The position numbers and the translations under genes are program-made. This document shows, in pieces, positions 13,251-29,250 of a stretch of 64,000 nt of DNA. A model generated the notes under the pieces. It searched no databases, was not told the DNA's origin, and saw only the letters and a list, made by a program, of their open reading frames with translations. Source of the DNA: the human T2T-CHM13v2.0 reference genome, Homo sapiens. The stretch's first letter is position 1, and each line of letters starts with the position of its first letter. The stretch lies in the NCBI RefSeq assembly GCF_009914755.1, contig NC_060945.1; one strand, written 5' to 3'.

Positions 13251-15809
13251 GCTCGCAGGATCGCCAAGGCCAGGCTGGCTCCAAAGGCTTGGGTCCGGCT
13301 TCCTGGGGCCACTGGGTGCTCTCTGAGGCCGCCCATCACTGTTCGGGCCCTGGGGTGGGAGCTGGGCTGCAAAGTGGCCTGGACTTTATGTCCTGCCAGG
13401 TACAGTGTTTCCCTCAGCAGATTTATCAGGCGTTTTGGGTGTAAATGCCAGGAAGCCTGGCTGGCGCTGAAGGACCCTCCTCAAAGCCACGGATGGGCAC
13501 CATGCTTAGGGGAGGACCTGGGGCCACTTGGTTGCATTGTGAAATTTTCATGATTTTTAAACAGTTTTATTTTTTAAAATTACTGAAGTCCAACAGGAGC
13601 ATTATTCAGCATTTGAGGCCCCAGCCAGTACAGCGCTGCCTGGAATAAAAAGTAAAATGTCCCCCGGAACCCCAGCCCTCAGTTCTCCCTCCCTGGACCC
13701 CCCTCCTGAGAATCTTCTCACAACCTTGGCTTACTGACTCCACATTACGGCCGTGTCCCCGCTCTGTGGCCCGGTGGACGCAGGTAGCTTTGACTCAAAA
13801 CAGGAATTTGTTTCCATCCTTTCACGGTCACAAATAATAAAAAGCAGCTTCTGGACAACAATGAAGTTGAGATAAATACCAGGACCAGACCGGCCACGGG
13901 AGCCGTGGGTGAGCCGAGGGTCCCCCTCAGGACCCCTGCATCCTGCCTGAGTGTGCAGCAGCTCCCCCCGACAGGAGCGTCAGGGCCGGTCTCCTCCGAG
14001 TCTCCTGGCAGAGGCGTTGCTGTCGCAGCTGGCACTGTGCATGGCTGGCAGCAGAAGTCTGTGCTTGGCAGCCCTCGACACCTGCTGGATGTGTTTGCAG
14101 GGCTGGGCAGGCACCTGTCCCACGGCCCAGCCCCGAGGGTCTCGTGGCACCAGCCTGGCAGGACGGGCAGCAGGGAGTTAACGGGAGCCACTGCGAGGAC
14201 ACTGTGATCTCAGAGCTGCGTCATCGCTGATGGAAGAGGTGACGTCCCCTCCACAGAAAGCGCCTTTGTGGGCGACCCTGGCTCGTCCCCCTGCAGCCCC
14301 CACGCAGGTAGTGGGCTGCCCTCTCCCTCTCCCGGAGTCCCCTCGGGGCACCGAGAACAGACCCCTCCTTCATCCCTGCTGTCAGCTCATGACACCGGAC
14401 AATTTGGGTCCCAATTATATCTAGAGAACCAGGGGAAAGGTCACGTTGTCTAGACATTAATCCAGCACTGTGGCATTTTTTCCTGGGCCTGTATCCTGGC
14501 AACAGGAGGGCGAGTGGGGGCCCCAGCTCCTCCCCTCCTCAGAACCTTCTGGGGCTGGAGGTGTGGCATGTGCAGGGAAGGCAGCCTGGAGAAGGCGGTG
14601 CCCTTGGGCTGGGCCTGCAGTGGGCAGCCATGCAGGACTCCATGGGAGGAGAAACCACAGCTCTCGGCTGTGCTGGGGTGGGGTGAACAGTGGCGGGGAA
14701 CCTTGGGGAGCTGTGGATGGCCCAACCTCATTGGAAGCTGTGCGTGGCCAAGCTCAGGCACCTGCTCTGCCTCTCCCAGTCCTGCCTGTGTCTGTCCTGG
14801 TCACGGATTCCTACCTCTGTCCCAGGAGGGTGTGAGGACAGTCTGTGCCACTCACCCGTGTCTGCTCCGAGCCAGGAGACTCTGGCCACCCCCACCCCAC
14901 CCAGCCCTGCCTCGAGGTCCTGCACTGGTCCCTGCCCGGTACCGGGTCAGCTGGTGCCTGCCTGTCCTGCCCTGCACTCCTCAGGCTCCTCAAGGACAGA
15001 CGGACAGACAGGCACTCTAGAGAAGGGACCTTGGCCAGACGGCTTTGCCGCCCCCACCCCCATAGGTGCTTGCTTTGAGCCCCTTGCAAAGGTGAAGCCA
15101 GATCTGGGATCCCAGGGCCTGGTGCGGCTGGACATGGGAGGAGGGCCACGGTCACGCTTGCACGGGGCAGAGACTCCCAGAACCACAGGCCTCAGGAGAG
15201 CTGGGAAGGGAAGGAGAGGGCACTGCGGTGCCTGGAGAGCCAGAGTCCGCCCGTGTGGAAGTGTTGGGGGCTGTGTTGCAGTGACAGCCCTGGCGTCTCA
15301 GGAGCGGAGCAGGACACCGCGTTTCTGGCTGTGCAAGGCTCCACGCGGGTCAGCAGCCCATCCTGGCTTGTCATGCTGTTAATTAGATTGGAAAACCTCG
15401 GCCTTCCATTTCTTAAATTGCTCACTCCTGCAGTCCTCTTCTCTTGCCTGCAGGCCTGGAAGGTGTGGAGCGGGTCAGGTGGCTGGCAGGTTGCCAGGAA
15501 GGAAGCTCACACTGTTTCAGGGTTGGCCGGGTACTTGCCGTGCCTGCCTGGCACAGAGACCCTCATTCCTGCCACCTCCCAGGCAGTAGGCAGCCAGGTG
15601 GACCACCGAGTGGAGAGAACCTTTGAACACCTCAGCACCTGAGGCTCAGGGCCCTGTGACAGGACACAGCCCGGGGTCCCCCAGGGCCAGTTGCACCCCT
15701 CTGGAATTCCTGAGCACTGTGACTGTGACCTGTGTCATATGTGCGGCCTCTCAGCTTGCAACCCTCCATTCCTGCCTGTGGTGTGGTGCCATCTTCACCC
15801 CATTCCATG

Positions 15810-16043
15810 CCAACACACTCACACAGACACACGCTCGGGCCGATACGCACACATGGCTGTCACACACACAGGTTCACAGACACACAGGCTCACGCACACA
15901 CAGGTTCACATATACACAGCTCACACAAGCTCTCACACACACACGTTCACACACACAGGCTCACACATACAGGTTCACATACACATGGCTCACACACATG
16001 GGCTCACACACACACACACACATGCAGGCACACACAGGCTCAC
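15810..16043. repeat. CA-rich simple repeat (CACACACAGGYT units)
   Basis: Direct reading. Confidence 0.85.
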
Positions 16044-16545
16044 TGTGAGGTTTAATCTCAGCAAAGTCTGAGCACCTGGACTTGGCTCAGGGACCCTGGC
16101 ACACCCGCTTGCTCTCTGTCTGTAGAGGGGCAGGAGGCCCTGGGTTTGGTGGGCTCTGTCTGTAGAGGGGCAGGAGGCCCTGGGCTTGGTGGGCAGGCAT
16201 TTGGAGTGCGATGGCGGGGCCTCGCCTGTGGGCACTGAGGGTCTCACCTCTTCCTGCAGCTTTTGAAGGGATGGGAGGCTCCAGGATAGAGTTGCAGGAC
16301 AGAATAGATGGCAGAAGCCAGGAGCCGGGGCCTTTGCGTGGCTGCCTGGCCTGACGCACCTCGCGCCGTGCCAGGACCCGGGCAGGGCAGCAAAAGGCAT
16401 CTGTGAGTCGCCGTCCTGTGCGGGTCTCAGGGCACAGTGGGTGGCACGGGCTCTCCCAGCCGTCGGTTGGTGAAAAACGGGGCCTCCGCCCAGCACCCTG
16501 CCAAGGAAAGGGGAGGTAGCGGCCCCAGGTCAGGCCACTGGGTGA

Positions 16546-16949
<404 letters not shown>

Positions 16950-19794
16950 GAAGTGGTTTTAATGTCCCCACTTTTGACCACTTCTCCTTCTCCATAGGGC
17001 AAATCAAGCTTGGAAATGGTGTCCTGGAGCTTAAGGGAGTTGGAAACCATGGCTTATGTTCCATGGTGACATGGTTCTTGAGGGTTAGCTGGTCCAGTTC
17101 CCGCGTGTTGGCCGGTCTGGTCCCTGAGTGTTGGCTGGTCCACTTCCTGAGCGTTGGCCAGCTGCCCTTGCTGTGCTGGGGTACATTCCCCGAGCTTCCA
17201 CAGTTTCCCTTTCCTTGCTGCTGTATTCAGTGATTTGCAGAGAGAAAGGCGTGGAGCTCCACAAGCACCTCGGACGGCAGCAGGACCCTCCCAAAGCTGT
17301 GTCCACACACAGCTGGGCGCCCGCCCCCCGCCCCCCGCCCCCCGGAGGGCCCGGCTCCAAGGGTCATATGAGTGGATCTGGAGGTCGGCCTCTCTTGAAT
17401 CCCAGCCTCCTCGGGGTCAGCCCAGGTTGTCCCCACCCCCACCTGAGTTACTGCGGAACCAAGGGGCTCATGGCCATTGAGTGACTCCAGTTAATGCTGA
17501 ATTAGGTACCTCAGGCTTGAGTCAAATATTAACAGAGGAGGCCGGCCAGAGCTCCCCAGTGTTTGGAGGATAGCTTGGTTTTCTCCCTGAGTGCATTGCC
17601 CATACCGGGTGGAGGCAGTTCCGTCCTGCAGACTCCGTGGTTCTGAGTTGGAGCCCTTACTGGCCAGTTTAAGACCCTCTTGGAGCAGGGTTCTGCAGTG
17701 TCCTGGGGGCAGAGGCCTGACGCACTCAGCTGCTCGCCCAGGGCCCTCCTGTTGGGCATTTGGATTTGGAATCTGAGGCTGTAGGAGCAGCTGCCTCCCA
17801 GTGAATTCTGATGCACAGACAGGGGCCTGTCCTGCCAGCAGGTCCTGCAGACGGAGCCGGGCCAGGGTGCTGGGCAGTGCTGCGGGGCCCTGGTGGAAAC
17901 AGTCCCTGCAGAGGGTCCCGGGCACTGGTGCTGGGGGGAGGGTAGGGCTTAAGGAGGCCTCATGTCGGGACCCTGGCAGGCCACCCCACCTCCCGCAGTG
18001 CCCGGTCCGCCATCCACAGTGACACAGGGACACCTTCTCAGGTGGAGGAGGTGGCAGTCACGGCAATTCAGGAGCAAACCCAGGCTTCCTGTGCCTCTGT
18101 GGTGGGCCCTGGTGGTGTTGGCAGGCCCAGGGCACAGGCAGGCTCAGGGCTCTGCTGGGGAGCAGTGGGAGGCCCTCTCTGCAGGGCGGAGAGCCAGGTG
18201 AGGAGGTGTGTGGCGCAGGTAAACACGCCTGGAGCGCAGCTCTGCTGTGGGTTAGCCGTGGGTCTCTGGGCGAGGGTTCCCGGGATACAGACACCTGCCC
18301 CAAGGTGCCCCACAGAGGATGACCCCCAGGGCAGCCGTGCCTGAGCCTGCGTGGTCACCTCCCACAGTGCCAAGGCGCTCCCCCAAGGCCCCTGCGGCCC
18401 ACCTGACCAGTGGAGAACTCGCGAGCACTCGGCCAGTGGTGCCTCCAATTTGCAGCCTCCAATCCCTGGTCAGAGGTGTGACCTGACCCTGGACCAGAGC
18501 GCTGGGCCAGGTCCTGGTGGCTTCTGCCCTTCAGCTTGGAAGCTCCTGAAAACCGGCTCCCTTCCGGGGCAGCCCTTGGCCCCCACTGACCCTCCCTCAG
18601 TCCTAGGTGTGCAGTGGCGTGGGGACCCTGGGAGGCCCGTGGCGCAGCCCCTTCCCGCCTCCTGCCCGTCGGTTTCCATTGCTCAGGCACTGCCTCGCCC
18701 GCGCCTCTTTCTCCCAGACCTGAGCCACCGCTGCCAGGATCCTTCCCCAGCTGGTTTTCCTTCTCTTTGATGTGTTTCCACTGAGGGTCCAAACCGGTCC
18801 AGGCGCGGGTTCCAGAACTTTCTTCAGATCTCTCGCACCTGAAAATTTCCTCTGTAGCCATTCGCAGGAGGTTTCTCAGATGCCCCGGGCTCGGGGGCCA
18901 GTCAGTCTCATGAGGACGGGGTGGGTCTGACTTGTGGCATCGCGGCCTCTCCATCGGTGCTGCTGGGCCTGTGAGCCAATGGGTGGGCAGCACCACCCAC
19001 CGCCTCCTTCCTCACACCAGTCTTGGGCTGCGCAGAGCCCCAGCCATGTGTGTGCTGAGTGCAGTGTGACCGCGTCCGCCCGTCTCCCCGGACACGCCTG
19101 TTGGAGCCCCGGCCGTGTGTGTGTGTGTGCTGTGAGTGCAGTGTGACCGCGTCCACCTGTCTCCCTGGACACGCCTGTCAGAGCCCCAGACTGGGCTCCC
19201 CTGGAGGACCCTGGTGCTGACACAGAGTCAGCGGGTCCCTGGGGTCCCTGCAACTGTCCCCCAAGAGGTGTGCATGGAGGTGGACCCCCTGCCTCACCCT
19301 CGGGTGGCCCAAGGCCTCTGAAAACCGTCACGGCAGGGGTCACAACCCCACTCACCCACACCCTCCTGCATGAACACTGCACAGCTACCTCCCGTGGGCT
19401 GCCCTGTGAGGTGTGGAGCTGGGCTGCAGACTTGCACAAGGTGGGGTCCTGTGTCTGGAGTCAGAGGGTCCCTCTCGTCGTCCAGCCTCCCCGGCTCCTC
19501 AGGGGGAGGTTCGGGGCCTTTGGTCTCTGGACTTGGGCAGCAGAAAGGAAACATCCCTGGGGGCCTGTGGTGACCCCCATCCTCCCCAGGGTGGTCTGGC
19601 AGGGGACACTGTTTTCCAAAGCAAAGCCAGAGCGCCAAGGGCTCTCGGGATTCACGAGATCCACATTTATCCCAAGTTAGAACAGCACATCTGTGCGTGC
19701 AAACTTCATTCTGACTTCGGCCGGCTGTCCTTCTTGCCCAAAGCACCGTGAGGCCTCATCCCTGCATCCCTGTTGCTTCTTTCATGTGGGATGA

Positions 19795-20649
<855 letters not shown>

Positions 20650-22289
20650 TGAGGGGTCTGGGAGGGAGGCCTTGGAGGGTACCCATGCTGCTGGGACTGA
20701 TGCTCCCCGCGGTGGAAGGAGCTGCCTCTTGAACAGCAGGGGGCTGAGCAGAGGGGAGGGGATGCGGGGGTGCCGTGCACACAGGTGCTCTCAGGACGCA
20801 GGGGCTTCTCAGCCCTGCTGTCCCAGGGCTGCACTCCAGCAGGGCAGACTCCTGAGGTGCAGACACCCCAGCTTCACGCTCACACTTCTGGAAGGCGATG
20901 TCTGTGCGTTTGCTTTCTGCTGCAGTTTAAAAAGCCGGGCTCTCTCCGGAGCGTGTGTAGGGCCTGGTCACTGGAATATCTGGACTCAGTGTTAATGGCA
21001 GCCACGCTGGGGGCTGGGCCCAGCTTTCTGTTCTCCGTGTGGGTGCCATATCCACCTCCATCGCAGCCCTTTCTCTCTCGACCTTTTAAATCACAGTGTC
21101 ACCTCCCCCTGCTGTCCTGCCAGTGGCCCCTGGAGGCTTCTCCCCACCCCTTTCTTCTGGGGCAATTCTTAAGGCTGGCATTGAATCAGGAGGCCAGATG
21201 TGGCCCCTAGTAACTCACCAGCAGTCCCTGAGGCTTCTGGCTCCCCTGGCCCACCAGCCTCCCATGTCTGCCTCAGGCCTCTTGACCCGCCTGGCACTGA
21301 CCAGACTGTGTGCCCGGGTGCCGTGCCCATGGGCTCCGCCTCCCCCAGGCAGGCCCCCTCTTGCTCCGCGGCCACCCCTGCTCTTGACCTCACACCTCTG
21401 CGGTGTGTCTGGACACACCAGCACCACGGCGGGCGGGGAGCGGAATTCTCCAGGTGGGGTGGGCAGGCCGGCGGGTGTTGAGGTCTCTGTGCATGCTTGT
21501 GCGTACCCTGGACTTTGCCGTGAGGGGTGGCCAGTGCTCTGGGTGCCTTTGCCAGACAACTGGTCTGCCGGGCCGAGCATTCATGCTGGTCGCCATCACG
21601 TGACTCCCATGCGCCCTGGCCCTGGGGTTGGGTCTGCAGGACTGAGAACCAGCGGAAGGGGGGCGAGGCCTCGGGAATGCGCCGGCAACTGGCGATGAGC
21701 TCAGGCCTGACTAATGAGCCCAGGTGACTCATACACCCGGGGCCTGGATGAGTCTGACTGGGTCAGGACTTCCCTGCTTGTTCTGTCCTGGGAGATGTTG
21801 TCCCTGGCCCTGCAGAGCCGGGAGGACACGAGGCCTCCTGGGTCACAGCCAACGCAGCCTACTCCTGCCCACTGCTCGCGCCGGCCAAGGCCCGTCGGCA
21901 CCACCTCCTCCATGAAGCCTTCCTGACTGCCCCCATCCCTCTGTGGGCAGCTCGAGTGTGCATCTTGAGTGCTGTGCAGGTTGGGGTCCGGCGCTCCTGC
22001 AGGCAGGCGGCGTCTGGGCCTGGGGGCTCTCAGAGTTTGAGGAGCGTGTGGTGAGGGTGGCCTCGGGCCTCAAAGACGCAGCGCTGTGGGAACCGGGAGA
22101 CTGGCTGAGCCCGCTCTGAGGAAGGTGGGGCCAGGGGCACCCTCAGCTGACCCGGCGTGCAGGGGTGACCAGCCAGGCGTGGCCAAGGATGGGGTCTCTG
22201 GGATCAGGAGACTTCAGTAGCAGCCAGGACCGAGGCCACCAGTTTCCACCCTGGCATTTTCCATCTTTTGAAGGACTGGAAACGATTGG

Positions 22290-23036
<747 letters not shown>

Positions 23037-23714
23037 GAGACTACAGCTTTCTTTAACTGCATCCCTGGAGGGATCTGAGAGTCTCTTTCCCTGTCTCCTT
23101 TCCTTTGGAAAACATTTCAGCCAGGGCTCCCCAAGATGAAAGGCCAGAGTCCCAGGCATGGGCGTTGCAGGTGCACAGTTGCCACGGGGAGCTGTGGGTG
23201 ATGGTCGCTGTCAGCGATGGCTGCTGCAGGTCCCTGTGAGGAAGGGGCAGTGCCCACAGCAGGAGGAGAGGGAGTCAGCGGACGTTGATTGGCAGTGCCC
23301 GCCCATTCCATCATTCAGTCACCCACTGTGCACCCAGCACCCAGGCTCGGCTGCATAGAACATGGCCCAGGAAGGCTCCACTTCCTGTCTCCTCTTCTCC
23401 CCTCTCCAGTCTCATGATGGGGCTGGAGGCATCTTCTAGTTTTGAGTTCTGAGCTAATGAACATGCTCATGAGCAGGCGGCAGGATCCCAGGACGGTGGA
23501 GCTGGGAGCCTGACTGCGGGTGACGGACAGGCTCTGGCAGCCCCTGTCAGCATCCTCTCCAGGGCATGTGAAAGCCAGTGTGTCCTCAGCTGCCAGTGCC
23601 CCCTCCCCACCTCCTCTGGGCCCATGTGCACGGGACCTGGGCTCCCCCAACCAAGCCTGCCCGCCTTGGTTCAGCAGAACGGCTCCTGTCTCTACAGCGG
23701 TGCCAGGCCAGGAG

Positions 23715-24125
23715 TGCTGTGTCTGTGAAGCGGGGTCATGGTTTTGGGGCCCTCATCTCCCTCGCGCCCTCTCATTGGGGACCCCCCGTCTCCCTAGCGC
23801 CCTCTCGTCCTCTCCTGCATGTGCTGTGTCTGTGAAGCGGGGTCATGGTTTTGGGGCCCCCCGTCTCCCTAGCGTTCTCTCGCCCTCTCCAGCATGTGAA
23901 GTGGGGTCATGGTTTGGGGGCCCCCATCTCCCTAGCGCCCTCTCGTTGGGGACCCCCCGTCTCCCTAGCGCCCTCTCGCCCTCGCCTGCATGTGCTGTGT
24001 CCATGAAGTGGGGTCATGGTTTGGGGGCCCCCTATCTTTCTAGCACCCTCTCGCCCTCTCCTGTATGTGAAGTGGGGTCATGGTTTGGGGGCCGCCATCT
24101 TTCTAGCGCCCTCTCGCCTTCTCCT
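23715..24125. repeat. Compound minisatellite (GTGAAGYGGGGTCATGGTTTKGGGGCC and TCTCCCTAGCGCCCTCTCG modules, about 5 units)
   Basis: Direct reading; also seen as repeated peptide motifs in the ORF track. Confidence 0.9.
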
Positions 24126-25176
24126 GAGCGTGTGGAACTCTGTGGTGGTCAGAGCTAAGGTTCTGAATAGGTCGAAGCACCTCCCCGGTGCCTCTCACCC
24201 TGAATGCTCTGGGAGGACACAGCCTTTTCATAGGCTACGACTGACATGGCAGGAGGGGCCTGCCTGCCACCCGGGTCCTCTGCTGCCTGCTGCTTGCTGG
24301 GGAGGGGGCTCGAGACTGGGATCCTGGGCTTCTGCTCCAGCTGTGCCCAAGGGAGCTGCTGAGGAGGGACCGGGTGGGGCATCCACTCTGGGCAGGTTCA
24401 GGGTCATTCTTGGTGACCCCGGGTCCGGTTACAAAGGCTGATGGAGCGCGTGGGTGGCTGCCTAAGTCTCTGGAAGCCCAAGAATGTGGAGATGGCGCGT
24501 CTCGGCCCGGGGTCTCGTGGCTGGTCTGGGAGAACTTGCCTTTATTTCTAGGCAGGAGGCTGCACTGCAAGGGAGCGTCAGTGGCCCGGCTGGCTTTCCC
24601 CGGCCCTCAGCCCGCACTCGTCCACCAAAGCAAGCTCCTTTGTGGGGCTGCCCTGGGAAGCCGGGATCACGAGGCTCTGCCGGCCGTGGTCACCCCATGA
24701 GGCAGGGTCAGCTCGGGAGCAAGGCGGATCAGATGGAACAGAACACGTAGACCACCTCGCCCGCCCTTAGTCAGCTGGGCCATTGAAAATCAAGTCCGTA
24801 GAAAGACCTAGAAATAAGTCCCGGGGTGCCCTTGCCTGTTGACGGGCGGGCCGAGCAGGACTGTTCTCAGGCAGGCACTGGTCTCTTGGCTTCCAGGTGG
24901 TTTGTTTGCTGGTTTGAGGCTGGGGGTGACGCTCCTGTGCGGGAGGAGGTCGCATTCCATTCATAGCGGCTTATCTGGGCTGTCAGGCAGGCCTGGGAGG
25001 GAGCCTGCCTCTGTGCTCTCCAAGGGTGGGCGACGGACAGACAGGGTGTCCCACCCCTTCTGGGCCAAGGACAGAGGGTCAGTGTTTGCAGAGACCTGGG
25101 GAGGCCCAGGTGACCTCCACCGAGCACCTGCTGTGTGCAGGGCCAGTGCTGGCTGCAGAGACAGCGGAGCGTGTGT

Positions 25177-25419
25177 GGACCCGGCGGCCCAGGGGAGGGG
25201 GGCAGGCAGGACCCGGCGGCCCAGGGGAGGGGGGCAGGCAGGACCCGGCGGCCCAGGGGAGGTGGGCAGGCAGGACCCGGCGGCCCAGGGGAGGGGGGCA
25301 GGCAGGACCCGGCGGCCCAGGGGAGGGGGCAGGCAGGACCCGGCGGCCCAGGGGAGGGGGGCAGGCAGGACTCGGCGGCCCAGGGGAGGGGGGCAGGCAG
25401 GACCAGGCGGCCCTGGGGG
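25177..25419. repeat. G-rich VNTR, 32-bp unit x about 7.5
   Basis: GGACCCGGCGGCCCAGGGGAGGGGGGCAGGCA at 25177, 25209, 25241, 25273, 25305, 25336, 25368 and 25400. Confidence 0.97.
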
Positions 25420-27589
25420 TCAGGGGTGGAGGCCAGGCCTAGACGGCCCACAGGAGGGTGGACTCATTCTGACCGATTCCTGGAAGCCCCCGGAAAGTGG
25501 TGATGTTCTGGAGGGCCCAGCAGACCCCAAGGCCCCCAAGACAATCCCAGCTGGCTCTCTGCGGCTCTCGGTGTCTGCCATTTGAGACAATTTGGGCACA
25601 GGCAGGGCAGGCCGTCGCGGACGGTCTAAGCCGCGCGCATTGGTGGGGGCAGCAGAGCCCCTGCTCTCAGCTCCTCGGGGTACAGCGGGGGTACCAGGCG
25701 GGTGAGTGGGTGGGTGGTCACTGCTCCTGCCAAGGGCAGCCCTGGTTTGGTTTGCACTTGCTGCCCTGGTGACGGCTGCTCTCATTCCTGCCCCATTGCT
25801 AACAAGGGTGTCATAAGCTACTTTCCCGGCCCACATCCTATTAAGCCCATGGAGACCCTCCCACAGCTGAGCCTGCTGTGGGCTGCAGGCCCTGGGCGGT
25901 GCCCACCTCGGTCCCCACTGGCCTCCTTCCAGCACTTTAGAGCAGACACAGGTTGGAGATAAGGAAAGTTCCAGAGCACAGACTGGAACAAGCCCCAGGC
26001 CTCTCCCTGCCCCAGCAGGGCCTCCCTGGATTTGGGGGACAGGTGCCCTCATGGGGGGTCCTGAAGGTCAGAGCTGGGGCTGGGGCTGGGCTGGCGGAGG
26101 TGGCCTTGGCGGAGGCCACATTCCAGGGTCTCAGTGAGAGTCTGTGGCAGGCAGCCTTGCAGATGCCGCTGAGGGACCCCCCACTTCATGTTGTGGGTGA
26201 TGTGGTCCATTGATTGCCTCCAGGTTTAAATCAGGTGGATATTTACCTAGCGGCCTCCTCTCCCTCTGCACAGGGCCTGGAGTGGGATGGACTGGGGTGC
26301 TCAGCTGGAGGCTCTGCAGACACAGCCCCCTGGGCTATGCAGGCCCTGCTGGGAGCCACATTGCCATTTTTCATCACCCACTTTTTGGGTGAGAACCCCC
26401 TCGAGTCCTAACATCTGCCGCATCTCAGAGCCTGTGGCTCCAGTCAGAGCGTCTGGACCATACTGCTGGGGTCAGAGCGCGGCAGGACAATGGCCAGTTT
26501 CTGTGTGATTGCTGGCGGGAATCTTGAGCCATTCCGTGGGTCCGTGGGCTGGGATCTGGAAGCTTCCTTGAAATGTCTCTGGGCACGTGGCTCTGTGGGT
26601 CAGGGTGGGACATGGCCCCGTAGCAGGCTGTCCTACAGCAAAAGCCTGCTCTGTGAGCCAGCCCTGTGCAGGCCTCCCTCGGTACAGCCGGGAGGGGCCT
26701 CACCCTCCACCCACAGAAATCAAGGCTGCAGAAGACAGATGCCTGTGCCAACCCCTCCGGCAGAGTTATGCCAAATGTCCCACTAAATTCACCCCTCTAG
26801 GGAGAGGTGCCTCCTGCATCTACTTTTCCTAGAATAAGTATGAGAAACCCCAAATAGGTTCTAGAAAAAACAGCAGTGTACACAGATGTTAATCCTCTTC
26901 GAAACTTGACTGAGTCATTTAGCCAAAGAAAACAGCAACAATGGCTTCATTTCGAGAGGGTCACGGACACCCTTTCATGTTTGATTCCTTCTGACCTTGT
27001 GAGTTTATAGAAGGACAAGGAGAGAGGGACGTGCTGGGTTTGTTCAGATGTGGACAGAAAGTTTGGATGATAGGACAGAACATTTAGTTCAATCTTTCCA
27101 CTTATGGCTCTTAAAAGCCCTTTATTTTTATAGGTAACATGCTTTAAACAAACTTTAAAATTTGAGGTTGCTAGTACCCATTGTGTGTGGATTGGACCAG
27201 CTCCATGAGAGTGGAGCCCGGGAGCCTCTCTGGTCGTCTTTGTGTGCGTCTGTGCCTGTGCCTGGTAGTAGTTCTGTCTGGAAGGTGAGCAGGGCCACAG
27301 AGCACCAAGAAAATACCAGGGACTTTGCAGGTCTCGGGTGGATTCAGGTTGATCCAACAGATGCCGGCCCAGGGCCTGCAAGGAGGCTCCTTTCGCGTGG
27401 CTGCCGTGGCCCCTGTGAGCTGGGCTTGTCCTATGAGAAGAGCTCCTGCAAGAACACCTTTTGAAGTCACCCCTGGGGGAGATGAGCTGGATGGCATTTG
27501 GAGCCCCCAGCAGCTCACATTCCTGAGCTCTTGGTCCCATGTGGGATTCGATAATTTTCTTTACACTGACAGGCAGCATCTCTTTGGCC

Positions 27590-27655
27590 AGCCGTGTGAC
27601 TGTTGGGTCATGTGTCTTCTCTGTGCCTCAGTTTTTCTCCCCTGCAAATGGGTTC
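27590..27655 (+). mobile_element. MIR core fragment
   Basis: CTTCTCTGTGCCTCAGTTTTTCTCCCCTGCAAATGGG. Confidence 0.6.
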
Positions 27656-27843
27656 ACTGAAAGCACTGGCCAGGGGAGGGGCTGTGGCATGGCATGACAG
27701 GCTGAGGGGCACTGAGCAGGTGCCAGGAGCCAGGTGGTGTCAGGTGAGCCCCCCAGGAACCCCAGTTTTTGTGCACGGTGGGAAAGAGACCATCAGGGGC
27801 GGAGGGGAATGAACACCCACCCTTTGGGGGCTCAGGTGCCAAA

Positions 27844-28033
27844 CAGATGTGTGTGCAGGTGCATGAGCCAGGTGTGTGAGCAGGTGCATGGGCCAGGTGT
27901 GTGAGCAGGTGCATGGGCCAGATGTGTGAGCAGGTGCATGGGCCAGGTGTGTGAGCAGGTGCATGGGCCAGGTGTGTGAGCAGGTGCATGGGCCAGATGT
28001 GTGAGCAGGTGCATGGGCCAGGTGTGTGAGCAG
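27844..28033. repeat. VNTR, 25-bp unit x about 7.5
   Basis: CAG(G/A)TGTGTGAGCAGGTGCATGGGC at 27844 + 25n. Confidence 0.97.
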
Positions 28034-29109
28034 ACACTTCCTGTGCAAGCCTGTGCTCCTGTGGCTCATGGGTGCATGATCCAGAAACCCAGAGGCAGTG
28101 GCTTCACCGGGGTTGGTGATATTCAAGCTCTTGCAGGAGGGGGTTGTGGCAGGGCAGGACAGAAGCATCTGACCAGAGGGTGCAGGGCCACAGCATTTCT
28201 GCCCTCGGGGACAGGCGGCCCGTGCTGGGACGGGCGCAGGAGCTCCTGAAACCTCTGTTCTCAGTTCAGAAACCAGGTACCTTTCCCATCTGACCCCCCA
28301 GGCAGCCATTAACAGGTCCAGGTGAGAGAGTCTGTGCATGAGACCTACTTTCCTTGCTCTCTCCGGGGGGGTTTGCAGCAGTTCTGAGCATCAGGCCAGA
28401 GGCTGGGACTCCCTGCCTGAGTCGGGGTGAGGGCTTCCCGTGGCTCTGTGAGCTTCAGAGGCTTGGCATGTACAAGCAGGGCTGTTACAACAGCCTTTAA
28501 AAAATCATGGAGAAGAACCCAGTGCATCTTCTCCTCAGAGGGTGGCAGAGGCTGAATGAATTTGCATCTGGACGTTCCACTTCCACCTCCTTCCTAACCA
28601 AAGACTGTATATGCAGGTGGTTCGTGGATGTATCTGGGCTGACTGGCAGTGGGGAGATGGGGGCTCCCCCACGTCTTGGCGGGGGTCCCGGTGGGTTGCA
28701 GCCCCCAGAGCCGGGCTTCCCGGAAAGGGGCATCGCTTCTCTCTTTTGGGCTGTGCTGGGGTCTCTCTGGTGAGGGGTGACCCAGGGCCTTTGAACAGCC
28801 GGTCCTAGACCAGGCCCTGGTTCCTGTGATGCTGACAGGCTGTGGCTTGAGAGCCTGGGTCAGGAAAGCCCAGTCAGAGGGGAAGCCGGGGGCTGGTTCT
28901 GACCCTGCATGGTTTCCTGAGGGACGTGCTCAGTGGGATTTGTCCCTGGAGCACCAAGGGCTGAAGGAAAGCCACTGCCCTGCTTTCTCGCAGCCCTGGT
29001 CCCCATTCTTCTGTGGGTGCAGGTGGGGATGGTGGGGTGAACCCGCCCTCCTGGGGACAGATATAGGGATGCCGGGATGCCGCACTGCAGGTGTGAGTCC
29101 TGGGAAGTG

Positions 29110-29250
29110 GGTAGGGGGTCGATGGGAGGAAGAGAGGAAGGTGGGGTGGGGGCGGGAGGAGAGAAGAGGAAGAAGGGGGTGGGGGGAGGGAGGAAGGAAG
29201 AGGAGGAAGGTGGGGTGGGGGTGGGCGGAGGGAGGAGGAGGAAGTGGGGG
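29110..29250. repeat. Purine/G-rich low-complexity tract
   Basis: GGAAG, GGAGG and GGGGT runs. Confidence 0.8.
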
